Made by a program: the position numbers and the translations under genes
Assembly (NCBI GenBank): GCA_026770705.1
Contig: JANJGN010000021.1
Span: forward strand, 66,092,001 to 66,156,000
Length of the DNA: 64,000 nucleotides
From: Isurus oxyrinchus
Lineage: Eukaryota
Direction of reading: 5' to 3'
Shown here: positions 1-15,000 of the stretch, in pieces
Position numbering within the stretch: position 1 is the stretch's first letter
How the letters are laid out: each line of letters starts with the position of its first letter
The notes under the pieces: model-generated
What the model was told of the DNA's origin: nothing
Database searches by the model: none
What the model saw: only the letters and a program-made list of their open reading frames with translations

Positions 1-3000
1 GTCACCATCCCCGTCCCTGTCCCGTGTCACCATCCCCATCTCCTGTCACCATTCCCGTCTCGAGTCACCATCCCCATCCAGTGTTACCGTCCCTGTCCCC
101 GTCTCGTGTCACTGTCCCCGTACCCGTCCCGTGTCACCATCCCCGTCCCCGTCCCGTGTCACCGTCCCCGTCCCGTGTCACCGTCCCCATCCCCGTCCCC
201 GTCTCGTGTCACCGTCCCCGTCCCGTGTCACCATCCCCGTCCCGTGTCACCGTCCCCGTCTCGTGTCACCGTCCCCGTTGCGTGTCATCGTCCCCGTCTC
301 ATGTCACCGTCCCAGTCCCGTGTTACCGTCCCCGGCGTGTGTCAACGTCCCCGTCCCATGTTATCGTCCCCGTCTCATGTCACCGTCCCTGTCTCGTGTC
401 ATCACCCCCGTCTCGTGTCAACATCCCGTGTCACTGCCCCCGTCTCGTGTCACTGTCCCCGTCCCGTGTCACAGTCCCCATCTCATGTCATCATCCCCAT
501 CTCGTGTCATCGTCCCCGTCTCGTGTCACCGTCCCCGTCACGTGTCACCGTCCCCATCATGTGTCACCATCCCCGTCCAGTGTCACCGAACCAATCCCGT
601 GTCACCGTCCCCATCCCGTGTCACCATCCCCGTCCTGTGTCACCGAACCAATCCCGTGTCACCATCCCCGTCCCATGTCACCGTCCCCATCCCGTGTCAC
701 CGTCCCCATCCCGTGTCACCGTCCCCGTCCCGTGTCACCATCCCCGTCCCGTGTCACCGTCCCCATCATGTGTCACCATCCCCGTCCTGTGTCACCGAAC
801 CAATCCCGTGTCACCGCTCCCGTCCCGTGTCACCGTCCCCGTCCCGTGTCACCGTCCCTGTCCCGTGTCACCGTCCCCGTCTCGTGTCACCGTCCCCGTC
901 CCGTGTCACCATCTCCATCCCGTGTCAATGTCACCGTCCCTGTCCCGTGTCACCATCCCCATCTCCTGTCACCATTCCCGTCTCGAGTCACCGTCCCAAT
1001 CCAGTGTTACCGTCCCCGTCCCCGTCTCGTGTCACCATCCCCGTCCCTGTCCCATGTCACCATCCCCATCTCCTGTCACCATTCCCGTCTCGAGTCACCA
1101 TCCCCATCCAGTGTTACCGTCCCCGTCCCCGTCTCGTGTCACCGTCCCCGTCCCCGTCCCGTGTCACCATCCCCGTCCCCGTCCCGTGTCACCGTCCCCG
1201 TCCCGTGTCACCGTCCCCATCCCCGTCCCCGTCTCGTGTCACCGTCCCCGTCCCGTGTCACCATCCCCGTCCCGTGTGACCGTCCCCGTCTCGTGTCACC
1301 GTCCCCGTCCCGTGTCATCGTCCCCGTCTCATGTCACCGTCCCCGTCCCGTGTTACCGTCCCCGGCGTGTGTCACCGTCCCCGTCCCATGTCATCGTCCC
1401 CGTCTCATGTCACCGTCCCCGTCTCGTGTCATCACCCCCGTCTCGTGTCAACATCCCGTGTCACTGCCCCCATCTCGTGTCACCGTCCCCGTCCCGTGTC
1501 ACCGTCCCCATCTCGTGTCATCGTCCCCATCTCGTGTCATCGTCCCCGTCTCGTGTCACCGTTCCCGTCCCGTGTCACCGACCCTGTCCCCATCCCTTGT
1601 CACTGCTCACATCCCGTGTCACCATCCCTGTCCTGTCACCATCACCGTCCCGCGTCACCGACCCAATCCCCTGTCACCGACCCAATACTGTGTCACCGAC
1701 CCAATCCCGTGTCACCTTCCCCGTCCCGTGTCACCGACCGATTCCCATGTCACCGACCCAATCCCGTGTCATCGTCCCCGTACCGTGTCCCTGTCCCCGT
1801 CCTGTGTCACCGTCCCCGTCCCGTGTCACCCTCCCCACCTGGTGTCACCGTCCCCGTCCTGTGTCACTGACCCAATCTCGTGTCCCCGTCCCGTCCTGTG
1901 TCACCGCCCCAATCCTGTGTCACCGTCCCCGTCCCCGTCCCCGTCCCATTTCACCATCCCTGTCCCGTTTCACCATCCCTGTCCTGTGTCACCGTCCCCG
2001 TCCCCATCTCATGCCACCGTCCCCGTCCCATGTCACCGTCCCCATCCCCATCCCATGTCACCGTCCCCGTCTCGTGTCACCGTCCCCGTCGCGTGTCACC
2101 GTCCCCATCATGTGTCACCATCCCCGTCCAGTGTCACCGAACCAATCCCGTGTCACCGTCCCCATCCCGTGTCACCATCCCCGTCCTGTGTCACCGAACC
2201 AATCCCGTGTCACCATCCCCGTCCCATGTCACCGTCCCCATCCCGTGTCACCGTCCCCATCCCGTGTCACCGTCCCCGTCCCGTGTCACCATCCCCGTCC
2301 CGTGTCACCGTCCCCATCATGTGTCACCATCCCCGTCCTGTGTCACCGAACCAATCCCGTGTCACCGCTCCCGTCCCGTGTCACCGTCCCCGTCCTCGTC
2401 CCGTGTCACCGTCCCCGTCCCGTGTCACCGTCCCCGTCCCCGTCCTCGTCCCGTGTCACCGTCCCCGTCCCGTGTCACCGTCCCCGTCCCATGTCACCGT
2501 CCCCATCCTGTTTCACCGTCCCCGTCCCGTGGCCCTGTCCCTGTCCTGTGTCACCGTCCCCGTCCCAAGTCACCGCCCCCGTCCCGTGTCACCGTCTCCG
2601 TCCCGTGTCACTGTCCCCGTCCCCGTCCTCGTCCCGTGTCACCGTCCCCGTCCCGTGTCACCGTCCCCATCCTGTTTCACCGTCCCTGTCCCGTGGCCCC
2701 GTCCCTGTCCTGTGTCACCGTCCCCATCCCAAGTCACCGCCCCCGTCCCGTGTCACCGTCCCCACCCCGTGTCACCGTCCCCGTTCCGTGTGACCATCCC
2801 CGACTTGTGCCATTGTCCCCGTCCCATGTCACCATCTCCGTCCCGTGTCACCGTCCCCGTCCCATGTAACCGTCCCCATCCCGTGTCACCTCTCCCGTCC
2901 TGTTTCACCGTCCCCGTCCCTTGTCACCGTCCCCGTCCAGTGTCACTGTTCCCGTCCCGTGTCACCGACCCTGTCCCCATCCTATGTCACCGCTCACATC

Positions 3001-6000
3001 TCGTGTCAGCATCCCTGTCCTGTGTCACCATCCCCAACCTGTGTCACTGACCCAATCCCGTGTCACCGTCCCCGTCCTTTGTCACCGTCCCCGTCCCGTG
3101 TCACCGACCCTGACCCCGTCCTTTGTCACCGTCCCCGTCTCGTGTTACCGTTCCTGTCCCGTGTCACCGACCCTTTCCCGTCCCGCGTCACTGACCCAAT
3201 CCCGTGTCACCATCCCCGTCCCGTGTCACCGTTCCTGTCCCGTGTCACCGTGCCCGACCTGTGTCACCGTCCCCGTCCCGTGTCACCGTTCCCATCCCGT
3301 GTCACCGACCCTGACCCCGTCCTTTGTCACCGTCCCCGTCCCGTGTCATCGTCCCTGTCCCCGTCCTGTTTCACCATCCCCGTCTCGTGTCACCGCTCCC
3401 GTCTCGTGTCACCGTCCCCGTCCAGTATCACCGTCCCCGTCCCGTGTCACCGTCCCCATCCCGTGTCACCCTCCTCATCCCGTGTCACCCTCCCCATCCT
3501 GTGTCACCGTCCCCGTCCCGTGTCATCATTCCCGTCCCGTGTCACCGTCCCCGTCCCATTTCACCCTCCTCGTCCCGTGTCACTGCTCCCGTCCCATCTC
3601 ACCATCCCTGTCCCCGTCCTGTGTCACCGTCCCCGTCTCGTGTCACCGCTCCCGTCTCCTGTCACCCTCCCCGTCCTGTGTCACCGTCCCCGTCCCGTGT
3701 CACCATTCCTGTCCCGTGTCACCCTCCCCGTCATGTGTCACCGAACCAATCCCGTGTCACTGACCCAATCCCATGTCACCGTCCCCGTCACGTGTCACCG
3801 CCCCAATCCCGTGTCACCTTCCCCGTCCCGTGTCACCGACCGATTCCCATGTCACCGTCCCCGTCACGTGTCACCGCCCCAATCCCGTGTCACCTTCCCC
3901 GTCCCGTGTCACCGACCGATTCCCATGTCACCGACCCAATCCCGTGTCATCGTCCCTGTCCCGTGTCACTGTCCCCGTCCCGTGTCACCGTCCCCATCCC
4001 GTGTCACCCTCCTCACCTGGTGTCACCGACCCGTCCTGTGTCACCGCCCCAATCCCGTGTCACCGTCCACATCCCGTGTCACCGTCCCCGTCCCATGTTA
4101 CCATCCCTGTCCCGTGTCTACGACCTAATCCCGTGTCTCCGACCTAATCCTGTGTCACCGTCCCTGTCCCGTGTCACCAGCCCCGTCCTGTGTCACCGTT
4201 CCCGTCCCGTGTCACCGTCCCTGTCCCCGTCTCGTGTCACCGACCCCGTCTCGTGTCACCAGCCCCGTCCTGTGTCACCGTCCCCGTCCCGTGTCACCGT
4301 CCCCATCCCAGTCCCGTGTCACCGACCCCATCTCATGTCACCGTCCCCGTCTCATGTCACCGTCCCCGTCCTGTGTCACCATCCCTGTCCTGTGTGACCG
4401 TCCCTGTCCCGTGTCACCGTCCCCGTCCCCGTCCCCGTCCCCGTACCCATCTCGTGTCACCGTCTCCGTCCCGTGTCACCGTCCCCGTCCCGTGTCACCA
4501 TCTCCGTCCCGTGTCACCCTCCCCATCACGTGTCACTATCTCCGTTCCGTGTCACCCTCCCCGTCCCGTGTCACCATCCCCGTCCTGTGTCACCAAACCA
4601 ATCCCGTGTCACTGCTCCCATCCCGTGTTACCGTCCCCATCCCGTGTCACTGTCCCCGTCCTGTGTCACCATCCCCGTCCCGTGTCACCGTGCCCATCAC
4701 GTGTCACCATCTCCGTCCCGTGTCACCGTCCCTGTCCCGTGTCACCGCTCCTGTCCCGTGTCACCATCCCAATACCGTGTCACCGTCCCCATCCCCGTCC
4801 CGTGTCACCGCCCCCGTCCCATGTCACCATCCCTGTCCCGTGTCTACGACCTAATCCAGTGTCACTGACCCAATCCCGTGTCACCGTCCCTGTCCCTTGT
4901 CACTGATCCAATCCCGTGTCACCGTCCCTGTCCCGTGTCACTGACCCAATCCCGTGTAACCGTTCCCGTCCCGTGTCACCAGCCCCGTCCTGTGTCACCA
5001 TTCCCGTCCCGTGTCACCGTCCCCGTCCCGTGTCACCATCTCCGTCCCGTGTCACCCTCCCCATCACGTGTCACCATCTCCGTCCCGTGTCACCCTCCCC
5101 GTCCCGTGTCACCATCCCCGTCCTGTGTCACCGAACCAATCCCGTGTCACTGCTCCCACCCCGTGTCACCGTCCCCATCCCATGTCACCGTCCCCGTCCT
5201 GTGTCACCATCCCCGTCCCGTGTCACCGTGCCCATCACGTGTCACCATCTCCGTCCCGTGTCACCGTCCCTGTCCCGTGTCACCGCTCCCGTCCCGTGTC
5301 ACCGTCCCCATCCTGTGTCACCATTCCTGTCCCGTGTCACCGTCCCCATCCCGTGTCACCGACCCAATCCCATGTCACCGTCCCCGTCCCGTGTCACCGT
5401 CCCCGTCTCGTGTCATCGTCCCCGTCCCGTGTCACCATCTCCATCCCGTGTCAATGTCACCGTCCCTGTCCCGTGTCACCATCCCCATCTCCTGTCACCA
5501 TTCCCGTCTCGAGTCACCGTCCCCATCCAGTGTTACCGTCCCCGTCCCCGTCTCGTGTCACCATCCCCGTCCCTGTCCCGTGTCACCATCCCCATCTCCT
5601 GTCACCATTCCCGTCTCGAGTCACCATCCCCATCCAGTGTTACCGTCCCTGTCCCCGTCTCGTGTCACTGTCCCCGTCCCCGTCCCGTGTCACCATCCCC
5701 GTCCCCGTCCCGTGTCACCGTCCCCGTCCCGTGTCACCGTCCCCATCCCCGTCCCCGTCTCGTGTCACCGTCCCCGTCCCGTGTCACCATCCCCGTCCCG
5801 TGTCACCGTCCCCGTCTCGTGTCACCGTCCCCGTCGCGTGTCATCGTCCCCGTCTCATGTCACCGTCCCAGTCCCGTGTTACCGTCCCCGGCGTGTGTCA
5901 CCGTCCCCGTCCCATGTTATCGTCCCCGTCTCATGTCACCGTCCCCGTCTCGTGTCATCACCCCCGTCTCGTGTCAACATCCCGTGTCACTGCCCCCGTC

Positions 6001-9000
6001 TCGTGTCACCGTCCCCATCCCGTGTCACCGTCCCCATCTCATGTCATCATCCCCATCTCGTGTCATCGTCCCCGTCTCGTGTCACCGTCCCCATCACGTG
6101 TCACCGTCCCCATCATGTGTCACCATCCCCGTCCTGTGTCACCGAACCAATCCCGTGTTACCGTCCCCATCCCGTGTCACCATCCCCGTCCTGTGTCACC
6201 GAACCAATCCCGTGTCACCATCCCCGTCCCATGTCACCGTCCCCGTCTCGTGTCACCATCCCCGTCGCGTGTCACCGTCCCCATCATGTGTCACCATCCC
6301 CGTCCTGTGTCACCGTACCAATCCCGTGTCACCATCCCCGTCCCATGTCACCGTCCCCATCCCGTGTCACCGTCCCCATCCCGTGTCACCGTCCCCGTCC
6401 CGTGTCACCATCCCCGTCCCGTGTCACCGTCCCCATCATGTGTCACCATCCCCGTCCTGTGTCACCGAACCAATCCCGTGTCACCGCTCCCGTCCCGTGT
6501 CACCGTCCCCGTCCTCGTCCCGTGTCACCGTCCCCGTCCCGTGTCACCGTCCCCGTCCCCGTCCTCGTCCCGTGTCACCGTCCCCGTCCCGTGTCACCGT
6601 CCCCGTCCCATGTCACCGTCCCCATCCTGTTTCACCGTCCCCGTCCCGTGGCCCTGTCCCTGTCCTGTGTCACCGTCCCCGTCCCAAGTCACCGCCCCCG
6701 TCCCGTGTCACCGTCTCCGTCCCGTGTCACCGTCCCCATCCCTGTCCTCGTCCCGTGTCACCGTCCCCGTCCCGTGTCACCGTCCCCATCCTGTTTCACC
6801 GTCCCTGTCCCGTGGCCCCGTCCCTGTCCTGTGTCACCGTCCCCATCCCAAGTCACCGCCCCCGTCCCGTGTCACCGTCCCCACCCCGTGTCACCGTCCC
6901 CGTTCCGTGTGACCATCCCCGTCTTGTGCCATTGTCCTCGTCCCATGTCACCATCTCCGTCCCGTGTCACCGTCCCCGTCCCATGTAACCGTCCCCATCC
7001 CGTGTCACCTCTCCCGTCCTGTTTCACCGTCCCCGTCCCTTGTCACCGTCCCCGTCCCGTGTCACCGTCCCCGTCCCCGTCCTCGTCCCGTGTCACCGTC
7101 CCCGTCCCGTGTCACCGTCCCCGTCCCATGTCACCGTCCCCATCCTGTTTCACCGTCCCCGTCCCGTGGCCCTGTCCCTGTCCTGTGTCACCGTCCCCGT
7201 CCCAAGTCACCGCCCCCGTCCCGTGTCACCGTCCCCACCCCGTGTCACCGTCCCCGTTCCGTGTGACCATCCCCGTCTTGTGCCATTGTCCTCGTCCCAT
7301 GTCACCATCTCCGTCCCGTGTCACCGTCCCCGTCCCATGTAACCGTCCCCATCCCGTGTCACCTCTCCCGTCCTGTTTCACCGTCCCCGTCCCTTGTCAC
7401 CGTCCCCGTCCCGTGTCACCGTCCCCGTCCCCGTCCTCGTCCCGTGTCACCGTCCCCGTCCCGTGTCACCGTCCCCGTCCCATGTCACCGTCCCCATCCT
7501 GTTTCACCGTCCCCGTCCCGTGGCCCTGTCCCTGTCCTGTGTCACCGTCCCCGTCCCAAGTCACCGCCCCCGTCCCGTGTCACCGTCCCCGTCCCGTGTC
7601 ACCGTCCCCATCCTGTTTCACCGTCCCTGTCCCGTGGCCCCGTCCCTGTCCTGTGTCACCGTCCCCATCCCAAGTCACCGCCCCCGTCCCGTGTCACCGT
7701 CCCCACCCCGTGTCACCGTCCCCGTTCCGTGTGACCATCCCCGTCTTGTGCCATTGTCCCCGTCCCATGTCACCATCTCCGTCCAGTGTCACTGTTCCCG
7801 TCCCGTGTCACCGACCCTGTCCCCATCCTATGTCACCGCTCACATCTCGTGTCAGCATCCCTGTCCTGTGTCACCATCCCCAACCTGTGTCACTGACCCA
7901 ATCCCGTGTCACCGTCCCCGTCCTTTGTCACTGTCCCCGTCCCGTGTCACCGACCCTGACCCCGTCCTTTGTCACCGTCCCCGTCTCGTGTCACCGTTCC
8001 TGTCCCGTGTCACCGACCCTTTCCCGTCCCGCGTCACCGACCCAATCCCGTGTCACCATCCCCGTCCCGTGTCACCGTTCCTGTCCCGTGTCACCGTGCC
8101 CGACCTGTGTCACAGTCCCCGTCCCGTGTCACCGTTCCCATCCCGTGTCACCGACCCTGACCCCGTCCTTTGTCACCGTCCCCGTCCCGTGTCATCGTCC
8201 CTGTCCCCGTCCTGTTTCACCATCCCCGTCTCGTGTCACCGTCCCCGTCCAGTATCACCGTCCCCGTCCCGTGTCACCGTCCCCATCCCGTGTCACCCTC
8301 CTCATCCCGTGTCACCCTCCCCATCCTGTGTCACCGTCCCCGTCCCGTGTCATCATTCCCGTCCCGTGTCACCGTCCCCGTCCCATTTCACCCTCCTCGT
8401 CCCGTGTCACTGCTCCCGTCCCATCTCACCATCCCTGTCCCCATCCTGTGTCACCGTCCCCGTCTCGTGTCACCGCTCCCGTCTCCTGTCACCCTCCCCG
8501 TCCTGTGTCACCGTCCCCGTCCCGTGTCACCATTCCTGTCCCGTGTCACCCTCCCCGTCCTGTGTCACCGAACCAATCCCGTGTCACTGACCCAATCCCA
8601 TGTCACCGTCCCCGTCACGTGTCACCGCCCCAATCCCGTGTCACCTTCCCCGTCCCGTGTCACCGACCGATTCCCATGTCACCGTCCCCGTCACGTGTCA
8701 CCGCCCCAATCCCGTGTCACCTTCCCCGTCCCGTGTCACCGACCGATTCCCATGTCACCGACCCAATCCCGTGTCATCGTCCCTGTCCCGTGTCACTGTC
8801 CCCGTCCCGTGTCACCGTCCCCATCCCGTGTCACCCTCCTCACCTGGTGTCACCGACCCGTCCTGTGTCACCGCCCCAATCCCGTGTCACCGTCCACATC
8901 CCGTGTCACCGTCCCCGTCCCATGTTACCATCCCTGTCCCGTGTCTACGACCTAATCCCGTGTCTCCGACCTAATCCCGTGTCACCGTCCCTGTCCCGTG

Positions 9001-12000
9001 TCACCAGCCCCGTCCTGTGTCACCGTTCCCGTCCCGTGTCACCGTCCCCGTCCCCGTCTCGTGTCACCGACCCCGTCTCGTGTCACCAGCCCCGTCCTGT
9101 GTCACCGTCCCCGTCCCGTGTCACCGTCCCCATCCCAGTCCCGTGTCACCGACCCCATCTCATGTCACCGTCCCCGTCTCATGTCACCGTCCCCGTCCTG
9201 TGTCACCATCCCTGTCCTGTGTGACCGTCCCTGTCCCGTGTCACCGTCCCCATCCCCGTCCCCGTCCCCGTCCCCATCTCGTGTCACCGTCTCCGTCCCG
9301 TGTCACCGTCCCCGTCCCGTGTCACCATCTCCGTCCCGTGTCACCCTCCCCATCACGTGTCACCATCTCCGTCCCGTGTCACCCTCCCCGTCCCGTGTCA
9401 CCATCCCCGTCCTGTGTCACCGAACCAATCCCGTGTCACTGCTCCCATCCCGTGTCACCGTCCCCATCCCGTGTCACTGTCCCCGTCCTGTGTCACCATC
9501 CCCGTCCCGTGTCACCGTGCCCATCACGTGTCACCATCTCCGTCCCGTGTCACCGTCCCTGTCCCGTGTCACCGCTCCCGTCCCGTGTCACCATCCCAAT
9601 ACCGTGTCACCGTCCCCATCCCCGTCCCGTGTCACCGCCCCCGTCCCATGTCACCATCCCTGTCCCGTGTCTACGACCTAATCCAGTGTCACTGACCCAA
9701 TCCCGTGTCACCGTCCCTGTCCCTTGTCACTGATCCAATCCCGTGTCACCGTCCCTGTCCCGTGTCACTGACCCAATCCCGTGTAACCGTTCCCGTCCCG
9801 TGTCACCAGCCCCGTCCTGTGTCACCGTTCCCGTCCCGTGTCACCGTCCCCGTCCCGTGTCACCATCTCCGTCCCATGTCACCCTCCCCATCACGTGTCA
9901 CCATCTCCGTCCCGTGTCACCCTCCCCGTCCCGTGTCACCATCCCCGTCCTGTGTCACCGAACCAATCCCGTGTCACTGCTCCCATCCCGTGTCACCGTC
10001 CCCATCCCATGTCACCGTCCCCGTCCTGTGTCACCATCCCCGTCCCGTGTCACCGTGCCCATCACGTGTCACCATCTCCGTCCCGTGTCACCGTCCCTGT
10101 CCCGTGTCACCGCTCCCGTCCCGTGTCACCATCCCAATACCGTGTCACCGTCCCCATCCCCGTCCCGTGTCACCGCCCCCGTCCCATGTCACCATCCCTG
10201 TCCCGTGTCTACGACCTAATCCAGTGTCACTGACCCAATCCCGTGTCACCGTCCCTGTCCCGTGTCACGACCCAATCCCGTGTCACCGTCCCTGTCCCTT
10301 GTCACTGATCCAATCCCGTGTCACCGTCCCTGTCCCGTGTCACTGACCCAATCCCGTGTAACCGTTCCCGTCCCGTGTCACCAGCCCCGTCCTGTGTCAC
10401 CGTTCCCGTCCCGTGTCACCGTCCCCGTCCCGTGTAACCGTTCCCATCCCATGTCTCCAGCCCCATCCTGTGTCACCGTTCCCGTCCCGTGTCACCGTCC
10501 CGTGTAACCGTTCCCGTCCCGTGTCTCCAGCCCCGTCCTGTGTCACCGTTCCCGTCCCGTGTCACCGACCCCGTCTCGTGTCACCAGCCCCATCCTGTGT
10601 CACCGTCCCCGTCCCGTGTCACCGACCCCGTGCCGTGTCACCGTCCCCATTCCAGTCCCGTGTCACCGACCCCATCTCGTGTCACTGTCCCCGTCTCATG
10701 TCACCGTCCCCGTCCTGTGTCACCATCCCTGTCCTGTGTGACCGTCCCGTCCCGTGTCACCGTCCCCGTCCCCGTCTCCGTCCCCATCTCGTGTCACCGT
10801 CTCCGTCCCGTGTCACCGTCCCCGTCCCGTGTCACCATCTCCGTCCCGTGTCACCCTCCCCGTCCCGTGTCACCATCTCCGTCCCGTGTCACCCTCCCCG
10901 TCCCGTGTCACCATCCCCGTCCTGTGTCACCGAACCAATCCCGTGTCACCGCTCCCATCCCGTGTCACCGTCCCCATCCCGTGTCACCGTCCCCATCCTG
11001 TGTCACCATCCCCGTCCCGTGTCACCGTGCCCATCACGTGTCACCATCTCCGTCCCGTGTCACCGTCCCTGTCCCGTGTCACCGCTCCCGTCCCGTGTCA
11101 CCATCCCAATACCGTGTCACCGTCCCCATCCCCGTCCCGTGTCACCGCCCCGTCCCATGTCACCATCCCTGTCCCGTGTCTACGACCTAATCCAGTGTCA
11201 CTGACCCAATCCCGTGTCACCGTCCCTGTCCCGTGTCACGACCCAATCCCGTGTCACCATCCCTGTCCCTTGTCACTGACCCAATCCCGTGTCACCGTCC
11301 CTGTCCCGTGTCACTGACCCAATCCCGTGTAACCATTCCCGTCCCGTGTCACCAGCCCCGTCCTGTGTCACCGTTCCCGTCCCGTGTCACCGTCCCCGTC
11401 CCCATCCCGTGTAACCGTTCCCATCTCATGTCTCCAGCCCCGTCCTGTGTCACCGTTCCCGTCCCGTGTCACCGTCCCCGTCCCCGTCCCGTGTAACCAT
11501 TCCCGTCCCGTGTCTCCAGCCCCGTCCTGTGTCACCGTTCCCGTCCCGTGTCACCGACCCCGTCTCGTGTCACCAGCCCCATCCTGTGTCACCGTCCCCG
11601 TCCCGTGTCACCGACCCCGTCTTGTGTCACCGTCCCCGTCTCATGTAACCGTCCCCGTCCTGTGTCACCATCCCTGTCCTGTGTCACCGTCCCTGTCCCG
11701 TGTCACAGTCCCCGTCCCCGTCTCCATCTCGTGTCACCGTCTCCGTCCCGTGTCACCGTCCCCGTCCTGTGTCACCATCCCTGTCCTGTGTCACCGTCCC
11801 TGTCCCGTGTCACAGTCCCCGTCCCCGTCCCCATCTCGTGTCACCGTCTCCGTCCCGTGTCACCTCTCCCGTCCCGTGTCACCATCCCCGTCCCGTGTCA
11901 CCATCCCCGTCCCGTGTCACAGTCCCCGTCCCCGTCCCCATCTCGTGTCACCGTCTCCGTCCCGTGTCACCTCTCCCATCCTGTGTCACCATCCCTGTCC

Positions 12001-15000
12001 TGTGTCACCGTCCCTGTCCCGTGTCACGGTCCCCGTCCCCGTCCCCATCTCGTGTCACCGTCTCCGTCCCGTGTCACCTCTCCCGTCCCGTGTCACCATC
12101 CCCGTCCCGTGTCACCGTCCCCGTCTCGTGTCATCATCCCCGTCTCGTGTCAACATCCCGTGTCACTGCCCCCGTCCCTTGTCACCGTCCCCGTCCCGTG
12201 TCACCGTCCCTGTCCCCATCCTTTGTCACCGCTCATATCCCGTGTCAGCATCCCTGTCTTGTGTCACCATCCCCGTCCCGTGTCACCGTCCCCGTCTCAT
12301 GTCACCATCCCCGTCCCGCATCACCGTCCCCGTCTCATGTCACCGTCCCCGTCCTGTGTCACCATCCCTGTCCTGTGTCACCGTCCCTGTCCCGTGTCAC
12401 AGTCCCCGTCCCCGTCCCCATCTCGTGTCACCGTCTCCGTCCCGTGTCACCGTCTCCGTCCCGTGTCACTGTCTCCGTCTCGTGTCATCATCCCCGTCTC
12501 GTGTCAACATCCCGTGTCACTGCCCCGTCCCCGTCCAGTGTCACCGTTCCCGTCCCATGTCACCGACCCTGTCCCCATCCTTTGTCACCGCTCACATCCC
12601 GTGTCAGCATCCCTGTCCTGTGTCACCATCCCCAACCTGTGTCACTGACCCAATCCCGTGTCACCGTCCCCGTCCTTTGTCACCGTCCCCGTCCTGTGTC
12701 ACCGTTCCCATCCCGTGTCACCGACCCTGACCCCGTCCTTTGTCACCGTCCCCGTCCTGTGTCACCGTTCCTGTCCCGTGTCACCGACCCTGTCCCCGTC
12801 CCTTGTCACCGCTCACATCCCGTGTCACCATCCCTGTCCTGTGTCACCATCCCCGTCCCGCATCACCAACCCAATCCCGTGTCACCATCCCCGTCCTGTG
12901 TCACCGTCTCCATCCTGTGTCACTGACCCAATCCCCTGTCACCGACCCAATCCCGTGTCACCGTCCCCGTCCTGTGTCACCGTCTCCATCCTGTGTCACC
13001 GACCCAATCCCGTGTCACCGTCCCCGTCCTGTGTCACCGTCTCCGTCCTGTGCCACCGACCCAATCCCCTGTCACCGACCCAATCCCGTGTCACCGACCC
13101 AATCCCGTGTCACCGTCTCCATCCTGTGTCACAGACCCAATCCCGTGTCACCGTCCCCGTCTCGTGTCACTGACCCAATCCCGTGTCACCGTCCTCGTCT
13201 CGTGTCACCGACTCAATCCTGTCTCACCATCCCTGTCTTGTGTCAGCGACCCAAACCCGTGTCACCGTCCCCTTCCCGTGTCATCGTCCCCATCCCGTGT
13301 CATCGTCCCTGTCCCTTGTCACCGCTCCCGTCCCGTGTCATCGTCCCTGTCCCTGTCCTGTGTCACCGTCCCCGTCTCGTGTCACCGTCCCCGTCCCGTG
13401 TCACCGTCCCCGTCCAGTATCACCGTCCCCGTCCCGTGTCACCGTCCCCGTCCCGTGTCACCGTCCCCGTCCAGTATCACCGTCCCTATCCCGTGTCACC
13501 GTCCCCGTCCCATGTCACCCTCCTCGTCCTGTGTCACTTCTCCTGTCCCATCTCACCATCCCTGTCCCCGTCCTGTGTCACCGTCCCCGTCTCGTGTCAC
13601 CGCTCCCGTCTCCTGTCACCGTCCCTGTCCGGTATCACCGTCCCCGTCCCGTGTCACCCTCCCCATCCTGTGTCACGTCCCCGTCCCGTGTCACCGTCCC
13701 CGTCCCGTGTCAACATCCCCGTTCTGTGTCACCGAACCAATCCCGTGTCACCGTCCCCATCCCGTGTCACCGTCCCCATCCCGTGTCACCGTCCCTGTCC
13801 CGTGTCACCATCCCCGTCCCGTGTCACCGTCACCATCACATGTCACCATCCCCGTCCTGTGTCACCGAACCAAGCCCGTGTCACCGCTCCCGTCCCGTGT
13901 CACCATCCCCGTCCCGTGTCACCGTCCCTGTCCCGTGTCACCGTTCCTGTCCCGTGTCACCGTCTGCATCCCGTGTCACCGTCACCATCCCCGTCCTGTG
14001 TCACCGTCCCTGTCTCGTGTCATCGTCCCCGTCTCGTGTCACCGTCCCCGTCCAGTATCACCGTCCCCGTCCCGTGTCACCGTCCCCGTCTCGTGTCACC
14101 GCTCCCGTCTTGTGTCACCGTCCCCGTCCAGTATCACCGTCCCGTCCCGTGTCACCATTCCCATCCCGTGTCACCCTCCCCGTCCTGTGTCACTGTCCCC
14201 GTCTCGTGTCACCGCTCTCGTCTCGTGTCACTGTCCCCGTCCAGTATCACCGTCCCCATCCCGTGTCACCGTCCCCGTCCCATGTCACCCTCCTCATCCC
14301 ATGTCACTGCTCCCGTCCCATCTCACCATCCCTGTCCCCATCCTGTGTCACCGTCCCCGTCTCATGTCACCTCTCCCGTCTCCTGTCACCGTCCCCATCC
14401 GGTATCACCGTCCCTGTCCCGTGTCACCCTCCCCGTCCTGTGTCACCGTCCCCGTCCCGTGTCACCATTCCCGTCCCGTGTCACCGTCCCCGTCCCGTGT
14501 CACCATCCCCGTCCTGTGTCACCGAACCAATCCCGTGTCACCGTCCCCGTCCCGTGTCACCATCCCCGTCCTGTGTCACCGAACCAATCCCGTGTCACCA
14601 TCCCCGTCCCATGTCACCGTCCCCATCCCATGTCACCGTCCCCATCCCGTGTCACCATCCCCGTCCCGTGTCACCGTCCCCATCATGTGTCACCATCCCC
14701 ATCCTGTGTCACCGAACCAATCCCGTGTCACCACTCCAGTCCCGTGTCACCGTCCCCGTCCCGTGTCACCGTCCCTGTCCCGTGTCACCGTCCCCATCCC
14801 GTGTCACCAACCCAATCCCATGTCACCGTCCCCGTCCCGTGTCACCGCCCCAATCCCGTGTCACCTTCCCCATCCCGTGTCACTGACCGATTCCCATGTC
14901 ACCGACCCAATCCCGTGTCATCGTCCCCATCCCGTGTCACTGTCCCCGTCCCGTGTCACCCTCCCCACCTGGTGTCACCGACCCAATCTCATGTCCCCGT